From positions 1-64,000 of IMG/VR virus record IMGVR_UViG_3300044699_000112: 64,000 bases of DNA; one strand, 5' to 3'. A model generated the notes under the pieces. It saw only the letters and a program-made list of their open reading frames with translations. It did not search any database and was not told the DNA's origin. How positions within the stretch are numbered: position 1 is the stretch's first letter; every line of letters begins with the position of its first letter. Positions 30,046 to 40,600 of this stretch are shown one piece after another. The DNA comes from a virus. Made by a program: the position numbers and the translations under genes.

Positions 30046-31632
30046 ATGGCCACCTACCCCGGCCTGAGATACGGCACACCGCCATTCGTGGATCCACGGT
30101 ACAACTGGGAAGACGAGGAAGACCCTCTCGCGCTTCCTGCGCGGGCGCAGTACGGCCCTGGCGCAGGAGCCGCTCCCCCTCCCGTAGATCTGCGTAACCC
30201 GGCGGTGGAGGATACCAATCCTTTCTCGTATGCAAGGCTGGCGGCCCGGAAGTCGGAGCCGTTCCAGATGGCCCCAAAGCCCCCGATGAAACCTCCCGTT
30301 GGCGGATGGTCGAGCGGGCCTCCCCAACTGGGTGCAGCCCTGGAGGGCGCCGGTCCCCTGCCCCAAGTGCCGCAAGGCCCGATTCAGACCATGACCGGCA
30401 AGCCGCCCTCGGTCGAGGAGGACTGGATCAACCCAGGCGCCGACCCGTTCCTCACGGACTGGAATTCAGCCGCCGCGCGGCGGGACGCCCACAAAAGAGA
30501 GAAGCCGCAACTGGGCTCCAAAGAGTACGACCTCCCCGCGTGGCAGAAGGCGCTAATGGTCGGCACCAATGCCGCAGCGGGCTACGTGAATGCCGCGGGC
30601 CGTACCCGCGTCGCTCCGATCGACCAGAAGACTCTGATGCACCGGCCCAAGTACGATCAGGCGATGGATGCCTGGGAGACGGAGGGCAGGGCACTCGACT
30701 CCGAGCTCGGCAGTCTCCAGCAGCAGTATGCGCTGAAGCGCCAGGGCGAACAGGACGAGCGCGCCAACAAGCTCTCCAAGCGTCAGAATATGATCGCCGA
30801 CGCGCAGATCGAAGACCTCACCGCGCGGGCCGAGCAGCGGCGGAAGGCTGCGACGGCGCCTCCTACCAAGCGGACGAATATCTACGCTGCCGATCGCTGG
30901 GGCACAATCAACACCGAGACCGGCGAGTACGTGCAGCCGCCATCCTGGGCGCAGAAGCCGCCGCCGGAGAAGAAGGAGTTCAACCAGACGCTCGAAGACG
31001 CAGCCCTCGAAGGTCTGACCGGAGCGGATCGAGCCGCGGAGGCCAAGAGACTACTGGCCATGAAGCAGGCCAAGAAGGGCGGCGGTGGTGCTGGCGGCCT
31101 GACTCCGGCACAGAAAGCCGACGACGATCGCGCCGATGCCGCCCGTGCCGCGGCGCTCGACCACCAGAACCGCCAGGAAGTGGCCAAGCTCGAAGAGGAA
31201 GAAAACTACCGGATGGGCCAGGGCGCTGATAAGGGGATCCACGAGCGCCTGGGCGAGTTAGGGCCTCTCCTGACGCCGCCCACCGACAAGGACGAGCTCA
31301 AGAACTGGACGCGCGCCGACGCGAATGTGGCCGAGTTCATCCGGCTGAACAACCGGCTCAAGAGCATCTACGGGCGCAAGCTGGAACTGAATGCGCTGAA
31401 GGGCGGCCGGGCCGAGTACGAGGCCATGATCCAGGGGATCAACAAGAACTTGGCGCGGCTGACTCAGCGCGGCGGCACTGCCGCGGAGTCCGCGGGCGCG
31501 GGCCCGACAGCCTCCCAACTAGGCACCTCCCGCGGCGCCGGGCCGACCATTCCTCAGCAGGGAGCATCGAGAGTAACGCCCGGCAAGACGCAGCAAACCC
31601 GTCCACCAATCGGTTCAATCATCACAAGGTAG
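30046..31632 (+). CDS. Internal virion/ejection protein
   Basis: Coiled coil plus 'WQKALMVGTNAAAGY' segment; precedes the giant protein. Confidence 0.65.
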   Translation: MATYPGLRYGTPPFVDPRYNWEDEEDPLALPARAQYGPGAGAAPPPVDLRNPAVEDTNPFSYARLAARKSEPFQMAPKPPMKPPVGGWSSGPPQLGAALEGAGPLPQVPQGPIQTMTGKPPSVEEDWINPGADPFLTDWNSAAARRDAHKREKPQLGSKEYDLPAWQKALMVGTNAAAGYVNAAGRTRVAPIDQKTLMHRPKYDQAMDAWETEGRALDSELGSLQQQYALKRQGEQDERANKLSKRQNMIADAQIEDLTARAEQRRKAATAPPTKRTNIYAADRWGTINTETGEYVQPPSWAQKPPPEKKEFNQTLEDAALEGLTGADRAAEAKRLLAMKQAKKGGGGAGGLTPAQKADDDRADAARAAALDHQNRQEVAKLEEEENYRMGQGADKGIHERLGELGPLLTPPTDKDELKNWTRADANVAEFIRLNNRLKSIYGRKLELNALKGGRAEYEAMIQGINKNLARLTQRGGTAAESAGAGPTASQLGTSRGAGPTIPQQGASRVTPGKTQQTRPPIGSIITR

Positions 31633-31641
31633 GAGCCCGGC

Positions 31642-34600
31642 TTGGCTATAAACGCGAACTCTATCGATCGAGCTCGGCAGGCCGGTTACAACGATGCCGA
31701 GATCATCGACCACATTGCCAGCCTGAAGGGCTACAAGGGCGTGCCCGAAGCACGCTCCGCGGGCTACTCCGACATGGAGATCCTCGGCCACCTGCGGACA
31801 CTCGAAGATCCCGTCAGTACGCCGACAGTGATACCTGGAGCGGAGAAGACCGGCACGCCCGGCATTGCCCCCACAACCCTGCCGAAGGGCCTGGGCGGCG
31901 GACCGGCCGGTTACCAGCCTCCGACCGAGGAGCCCTCGCCCTATGCACTCCCCGGCGCGGGCCTGACCGGCCGCCCCGGCATTCCGGAGGTAGAGCTCCC
32001 GGTGGGCCTCGGCGGCACCAAAGCTCCGTTCTCCACCGCCTACGATCCCTACAAGCGAGTCGGCCGCGCGCTCCCCAATCAGGTGTTCGGGGCGCCGCTG
32101 AAGACCGACGTGGGCGAGCTCGCCAAGCTCAAGGCCAAGGTGGCGCCTGGGTACTTGCCCGACGACGACACCGTTCTGCAAGGGTTCATGGGAGAGCCGA
32201 AGCCGGAGCCCCTATCCGAAGACCCAGGCTACGTAGAACGGATCCAGCACGGGCTTCGCGTAGGCTCCGAAGGAGTCGTATCGAGTGCGCTCAGCGGGGG
32301 CGAGGCCCTGGCCCGCCGCGCCGCCGTAGCACTTCCCAAGAAGTTCAAGCCTATCGCCGAAAGGGCTGAGTGGGAGCTCGCGCAGGCCAATGCCGGTAGA
32401 CCGGAAATGGAGCCAATGCCGGGCTCGAGCGTCCAGGAGCTCGCTGCGGACTCCGATCTCACTCTGAACAAAGTAGGCAAGTACGCTGTGGGATCTACGG
32501 CTCAGGCGATCCCGAGCATCGGGGCCACCGTGATTGCGTCCATGCTGCCGGGCGGCAAGATTGCCGGGCCTGCGCTTTCCTACCTGATGAGCGTGGGCGA
32601 GCTCTACGAGAACAACGTCAACAAGGGAGTCCACCCAGACGAAGCGGCCACGATCGCTGGACTAGGCGGCGGCCCGTCCGCCGCGCTGGACTACCTGGAG
32701 CCGTTCCGCATCAAGGCGGCCCTCACGGGCAAAACAACAAAGGCCCTCATTGAGGAGACGTACAAGAAACTGGGCATCCTGCGGCGGGCCGGTAAGGCGA
32801 CGGCCGAGGGCCTTGTCGAATCCGGCACCGAGATGGGCCAGGAGCTCATTGCGATTCTCTCTGAGTGGTACGGGACCGGGAAAGCCCCAGGCCTCAACGA
32901 GTCGCTCTGGCGGCTCGGCGAGTCTGGCGCCGGAGCGTTTGGCGCGGGCGGCATCGGCGGCGGAGTGCAGCAGGTCAGCGAGGCAAGGCACAACGCCGGT
33001 GCGCGGGCGTGGCAGGACTACCTGGAAAAGGAGAAGGCGGCCAGGGCAGGCGTCGCGCCTATGGCCCCTGGCGGCCCAGTCCCTGCCCCCGGAGCTCCCG
33101 CAGAGGCAGCGCCAGCCGAGGGGGAAGTGCCGCCGCCTGGAGCCGCGCCACCAGGAGCAGCCGCTGCGGGCCCGGCAGCCGATACGGCGCCGCCCAGGCC
33201 GCTCTTCGATAGCCCGGAGGACCTCTACCAGGACGCGACCCAGTTTGCCGGTGGCTTCCGCCAACTCGGCGTGACCGCGCTTTCCCAGAAGTACGGCATC
33301 ACCAAGGACGAGGCACATGCGATCCTCGAGCGTTTTGTTGAGGATGGCCTTTTTGCCGCTAAGCCGCTGAAGGGCGGCGGTGTCAGTTACGTGAACCTCG
33401 CGTTACAGCGCGAAGCCCGCGAGATCGACCCGGCTACCGGCCAGCGTATCCGTTCGCCGATCACCAAGAAGGGGGCCCTCGAAGAAGCAGCCGGGCAGTT
33501 CATCCCTCCAGGCGAGGGCGCGATCGCCCCCGGCGAGGGCCCGGCCGTAGAGGACGAAGAGGCTCCCCTGGCGGCCGCGCCGGTCATCGAGCAGCCGCGG
33601 ACCGAGCCGCCACCACTACCCACTCAACAAGCGCCTCCGCCCGCTCAGCAAGAGGCGCCGCCCCAGGAAGCCGGGCCGCAGCCTGACCAAGCCGACCTGG
33701 ACATGATCTACAGCGCCCCTTTGACCCAGGAGCAACAGGCGTGGGCCGTCGAGTTGCTGGGCCAGGGCCACTCTGTCGAAGACGCGATGGAGATCGCGCA
33801 CCGCGGCGAGGAAGCTCCGGCCGCGCCAGCACCAGTCCAAGCAAAGGAGGAGGCACCACAGAGACCAGAACCACTGCCGTCAGCATCGGAGCAGGCACCT
33901 CCGCCTGCTCCGGCGGCACCAGAGGTCCAGCAGGAACCCCTGGCAGCCGCCAAGCTACCCGAGGAGCAGCAGGCGCCTGCTGCCCAGGCTCCGGCGCCCG
34001 CGGTCCAAGAACCCTTAGAAGCAGCCAAGCCGCCCGAGCAGGCCGCGGCGCCGACAGGTACGCCATTCGACCAAGCGAAAGAGCACGCTAGGGGCAATAA
34101 AGCCATCAAGGCAGATGAGCTTATCCAAGGCTTCGGCCTCACGGCAGACGAGGCCCACAACGTCCTCTGGGATTTGTACCCGGCTCGTATGCGCAAGGAG
34201 AAGGCGAAGGCCATCGCCGCCGAGAGGCGCAGCGCCACCATCGAGGCCAGGAAGGCAAAGGCTGGCCAGCCGGAGCAGAAGCCAGGGCCGACCCCAGCGC
34301 CCTGGGAGATGACTCTGGAAGAGGTAAACCAGACCGGGTACATCGCCCGCGACGTTAACGCCGGGAACATGCCAATCGTGCGGCCCGCCACGATAGATGC
34401 TGGAACCGCGGCGTCGAACGCTTCCGAGCATAAGCGCGTAGTGGCCGAGGCAGTCGCTCAGGGTAAGCCGGTCCCGGCGAAGGTCCTGGCCGAATACCCT
34501 GACTTAGTTGCCATCGATCCGGCAGTTAAGGCCGCCATCAAGAGGCGCGAACGGGAGCGCGCAAAGGCTGCCCAGGCCGCGGCGCCCAAGACTGAACAGC

Positions 34601-37600
34601 AGGAGCCCTTGGCGGCGGCTAAGCCGCCCGAGCAGCAGCAGGCGCCACCTCCCCCAACAACCCAGGTTGCGGCCCCGTCAACTCAGGTTGAGCAGCCATT
34701 GGCTGCCGCCAAACCGATCGAGAAGGAGGCACCAAGTGGCACAGAAGCCAAAGCCGAGGAAGATTTTGCCCTCCCCGCCGGGGATGAGTCGACAGGCGGT
34801 CAAGCACTTCAACGTGGCCCAACTGGCGGCCGAGAAGGCGCGCCTGGAGGGGAAAGACGAGAAGGAGGCGTTCAAGGCCGCACTGCGGAAGCAGTGGAAG
34901 GAAAAGGCGAACTAGACTTCAGCGACGTACCTCTGAAGGCGGTCGCCAAGCCGAGCAGGGAAGGCTTCCTCGAACGGCTGAAGGCGGGCGATGTCAGGGG
35001 TATGTCGGTCGAGGTAATGGGCGCCGTCGCCAGGGGCCTCGTTAAAGCGGAGGACGCCGCGGCTCACATGGTCAAGACCTACGGCGCCAAGGCGAAGGCT
35101 TACGCCAAAGACGTTGCCGCCCAGGTCCAGGAGTGGGAGCAGAACCCGGCGCGCCTCGAAGAGATGGAGGCGTCGACCGCCCTGCCGAAGGGCAAGAACA
35201 AGACGGTTGACCCGATCACCGGCCTCGCCGTTACCGGCTACAACAACGCCATCAAGGACCCGAGCGCCTTTGCCAAGGCGATCGCCCTGATGAACAAGTA
35301 TGTGAACTTCGCCGACATTAACGAGGCGACGCCCGAGGCGACGGCCGAGAAGATGATCCAGCGGATCGTCGACAATCTGCTGTTCCTCCACGACAAGTAC
35401 AAGGAGCTCGGCTTCTCCGAGCGGGCACGTCTCTGGTACGACGGCGGGCGCAAGAAGGTCCTGGCGAACGCCGAAGAGTATGGCATCAACGAATTCCAGT
35501 CCGCCGCGGTGTTAGCCGTGTTCTCGCCGGAGAAGGACTGGTTCCAGAACGTCGACATGGCGCGGCGCATGCTCGAGTGGTGGAAGAACCGCAAGACGTT
35601 GAAGTGGACTCCGCAGATGGACGCCATCTACGTCAACAAGATCCTGCCAGCCAAGAGGAATCAGGACAAGAACACCGCCAAGAAGCGCGAGGCCAAGTAC
35701 CTGAAGGACCGCGCCGAGTTCCCGGCCAAGGTGGCCGAGTGGCGCAAAGCCAATCGCGAGGCGAGGCTCGCCGGGACCGCGAGACCGAAGAGGCCGAAGA
35801 GGCCGGAGCGGAAGCCGTTCGAGCCCAGCACCAAGGTCACCGATGCGCTCGCCGCCATCCAGGGCAAGGGCGCCAGCGAAATCAAGAGCACCTACCAGCA
35901 GGCCGTCTGGTTCCGGCTCTGGGACGAAGCGCATAACAGCCGGAACTACCAGATCATCAGCCCCGAGGGCGAGTACACCGGCCTCGCCATGACCGAGGCG
36001 AAAGAGGGCAAGGTCGGCAAGGGCGGCAAGATCGGCAAGGCGAAGGAAGCTAAGCCTGCCAAGGTGGCATGGTCGAGCTACAACCCGATGGTCAAGGCCC
36101 TGATGGTCCTCAAGGACGGCTCCTTTGAGAACATCAGCAGGCAGGTCGGCCAGCGGCACAAGGTCCGGAACTTTTACAACAACCTCCTCGACCCTGAGAA
36201 CCCCAACGGACACGTCACCTCCGACACACATGCCGTAGCGGCTGGCCTGATGCGGCCGCTGGGCGGCTCGGCGCTCGAGGTCGAGCACAATCTCGGCAAG
36301 GGCGTGGCCTCGGCCCGGACCGGCGAATCGGGCACCTACTGGATGTTCGCCGAAGCCTACCGGCGCGCCGCGCGCGAGCGCCATCTCCTGCCGCGGGAGA
36401 TGCAGTCGATCACCTGGGAAGCGGTGCGCGGGCTCTACAAAAATCTGAAGAGTAAGGCCAATAAAGATCGCGTTGTCGAGATCTGGAATGAAGTGAATAG
36501 TGGTAAAATTACTCCAGGTGAAGCACGTGAAAAGATCTATAAAGAGTTCAACGGAATCGACACGCCAGCCTGGGCCGGAAGCGGAACGGGACGAGGGCGG
36601 GATACTGCAGTTGATGAGGGAAGAGGGGGCGCCAAGGACGAGGAAGGAGTTCTTCGCTTACGCCTACCCGGACCTGGATCCGGAGGAGCCTCTGTCGGTG
36701 GAGGAGGAGGCGGATCTCCCCGAGGACTTGCAGCACGAGTCAATGAGGGAATCCGAAAAGTAGGCGATGCGCTCCGCGCGAGGCATCCGGCCAGTACGAA
36801 TGCCGCTATCGGCGCTTCCCTGGCTGGCTCGGATTACACGTTCAAGACCGGCCCCGGCCAGACCGGCACGGTGTACGCAAACCCGGCGGGCATCGAGTTC
36901 ATCGGCCACCTCACCAACGATCCGCATATCGGCGGAATAAACCTACCGGGCAAATCAGTCGATAACGTTCTCACCTTCATCGACAGCTTCGTCAACGGCC
37001 CGAACCCGAACCGGGCCCAGCTTGCCAAGCTGCAGCCGCTCTACGAGGGGATGGAGAAGTGGCGGCAGGCGAACCCTGGAACAGATGTCTCGCTGAACTT
37101 CGCCGTCCTCGACAATAAGCGCCCCTTCGCCTGGACCCGCCAGACCGCACGCGAAGAGCTCATCCACGGCTTCCAGCGCCTCAAGCAGGTCACCCGTGCC
37201 GCCCGCGAGACCATCCTGAAGACGCCGGTGTTTGAGAAAGCCCGCCTGGATCTGATCCGGCAGGGGTACGGTGACGACGTTGAGATCCGGCCCGGCGACA
37301 CCGCCGACGAGAAGGCCCAGAAGCACTTCATCGCCTGGATGGAGATCACCGCCAAGGTGCTCTCCGGGGACACGCTGGGGCTCACCATCTCCGAGCGCGA
37401 GGACGTGGCCTATGCGTACCGGGAGGCGCTGATCGCCGAGCATGGTGATGACGCCGTTCTCGTTTTCCGCTACCTGAAAGCCGGGTCCGTGAAGGATGTT
37501 TTCCTCGGCAAGAAGCTGCCGGGAGAGGGACTGCAGCGGGCACAGGCTGACCTGCAAGAGGGAGAGGCTGAACTGCAGCGGCTGCTGAAAGAACTACAGC

Positions 37601-40600
37601 AGATACTGGATGAGGAGAAGGCGAAGGGGGGTCCGCTGGCCGACCTCGACTTCGCCGAAGTCGACCTGCCTCACCTGACTGAGCCGGAAGGAGCCCTGAG
37701 GGCCCGCCAGCCCCAGCAGCCCCCGCAGCAGCCACAGACCACCCAGGCCCTGGCCACCACCACCCAGCAGCAGCAAGGCCAGCAGCAGAGCCAGCAGGGG
37801 CCGCAGCAGCCGCGAGGCGCCGGGCCCGGCGGCACCGGCCCCACTGTCGCCCAACGCTTCGACCAGACCAACGCGGCGGCGGAGCACGCGCGCCAGTCTG
37901 ACGAGAAGACGCGCATGGAAAAGTTCAAGGAGGGCATGAAGTTCATTGGCACGGCCTTCACGCGGCAGTTCCACCATATCCCCGCCGGTGCACTCTATGC
38001 CGAGTTCAAGCAGAAGCTGAACTTCGTTTCGAAGAGCCAGGGCAACGCGATCCACAAGGCGGCCCAGGCCATCATCGACCAGTTAGAGAAGCTCGACCCG
38101 GACGAGTACACTCAGTTCCTCCACGTGGTCCTCTACGACGATCTGGCCGCGCGCGTGATCCAGTCGATCAAAGAGAAAAAGCCGATACTCGCCAAGGACC
38201 TGCCGTTGGGCATCCAGGATGCCCGCGAGGTCATCAACTTCAAGACCGAGGCCCGCAACCGCGTCCGCGGCAATCCCAAGATCGTCGAGGCGCTCCGGCA
38301 GCGCAAGGCCATGTGGGACAAGATCAAGCCCGAGTACGTCGCGGCCATGCGCAGGGCTGGCGTCGACGTGTCCAAGGCCGTGGCGCGCAAGGACTACTTC
38401 CGCCATCGCGTGATCAAGCACCAGAAGGCCAAGGAACTGATCGGCGGAGGCGGCACCGGCGCCGGTCAACGCTTCAAGCTGCCCACGGCGCGTAGCTGGA
38501 TGAAGAAGGCCGAGGTCAACGCGAACACCTACTCGCTCGACTACATCCGCTCGGAGTTTGAAGTGCTCTCGGAGATGATGTACGACACCGAGCGCGCCAA
38601 CTTCATCGGCTGGCTCAAGAACGACTCCGGGCACAACATCTCTTCGCAACTGAAGCGGATGGCAGCGGCGCACAACAAGGCCGAAATCATGCCGACCTTC
38701 GCCCGCATGGCGCGCCACTACAACCAGAAGAATCCCCGCGCCCCCAGGATGACCGCCGAGATGGCCTACCAGAAGGTCATGAAGATGCGGCCGCGGGATC
38801 CAAGCTGGCGCACGCGCGTCACCAAGCGGATGGCAGGCGCCGAGTACGTGGGGAGCCTCGAGGCGGCGTATAACAAACTGACGCTGCCCAACGGCAACAA
38901 GGCGCTCGATACCCACGCCCTCTATCAGGCCAACGAGAAGGACCACTTCTTCCTGGCCGCGACCATCCCCGATTCGCTGGCGGCGGCGATCGAGGCCAAC
39001 GGCCAGGGGCGGGTCACGGCCGACAAGATCCGGAAGATCAAAGCCAAGGGCGCCCGCCAGGGGCAGATGGTGCTGCCGCGCGAAGTCATCGAGACCATGA
39101 AGGAGTTCATGCAGCCCCCGAGCACCAAGTGGGGGCAGTTTGTCGACAAGTGGAGCCGCAAGCCGCTGGCGTGGTGGAAGCAGTCCAAGCTAATCCATCC
39201 GGTGGCGGTGATCAAGTACAACCTGCGGAACCTCTCAGGCGACCTCGAGCGCGTGCTGATCACCAACCCGTACGCCCTGAAGCACGTGGGGCGGTCGATG
39301 GATGAGATTCGCAAGTTCATGAAGACCGGCCACCCGCCGAGCCCGGAGTTCGAGGCATGGTGGGAGCGCGGCGGCATGGACGCCAACCTCCAAGTGGCCG
39401 AGATCGGCGAGGTCAACCGGCTGCAGAAGCTCGTCCACCTCAAACTGAAGGATCCGAAACTGGGGCGGACCGAGAAGGGATTCGACAAGGCTGGTAAAGC
39501 CTGGGACGCCGTATGGAATACCACGAGGAAGATGACCGACTTCCGCGAAGGGATCCTGCGCTACGCCACGTTCCTGGAATATCAGAAGCAGATCGCGGCC
39601 AGCGGGACCGGCAAGCCGAACAACTTCGGGGCCTCGATCCGCGAGGAAGTGATGGCGCTCCGGAACATGGACGACCGGGCGTACAAACTCTCGAACGACC
39701 TGATGCTCGCCTACGACGAGGTGAGCGTGGCCGGTCAGACGCTGCGCCGTCACTTCATCCCCTTCTGGTCGTTCCAGGAGAAGAACCTCGGGGCCTACAA
39801 GCGCATGGTGGTCAACTCCTACAAGGACGGGAGGACTTCGGCGGCGATCGGCTATGCCGCGCTCGGCGCCAGCGCCTCGGCCCTGCGCGTGGGCCTCTGG
39901 ACCGCGGCGAAGATCGGCAAAACCCTGACCCTGGCGATGGCGCTCAAGGCACTCACCGAGATCTGGAACAACTATGTGATGGACGACGAGGAGGAGGATC
40001 TCCCCGAGGGCGTCAAGAAGTCGACCCACCTCATCCTGGGCCGGGACTCCAACGGCAAGGTGATCGCGTTCACACGCCTGGGCACGGCCGACGACATCCT
40101 CGAATGGGGCGGCCTCGAAGCGGCGCCCTACTACGTCAGGGAATTCCTCAACAACCGCATGACCTACGAGGATCTGGCCAAGGAGATCGCGCTCCGGCCG
40201 TTTGGCATCCCGCTGCCAATCAAACCGGCCATCAACAAGGTTGCGCAGAGCATCCATCCGGGGATCAAGACCACCGCCGAGTACGTCAGCGGCCGCGCTT
40301 GGTTCCCGAACGTCTTCGATCAGCGCGAGATTCGCGATCGCTACGAGTACATCGCCCGCGAGCTCGGCATGACCGCCGTCTACAAGGCAGCCGCCAGGAA
40401 GCCGCAGCCGAAGTTCTGGACGCCCGAGCGGGTCCTCGACCTGATGGTCTACCGCTACGATCCCAAGGAAACGCACTACAACTCCTTCAAGTACGACAAG
40501 GTGGCCAAGTGGGGCGCCGAGCATGGCGCCGACCCAGGAGGGGGCCTCTCGCAGAAGAAGGCGGCCGCGGCGCTCTACGACCTCCGCATGGCCGTCCGGT

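Noticed and set aside
37490-37680. Third nested gene after the zincin-like domain
   Set aside because: Both alternative frames contain early stops; the coiled-coil-like text is in the main frame.
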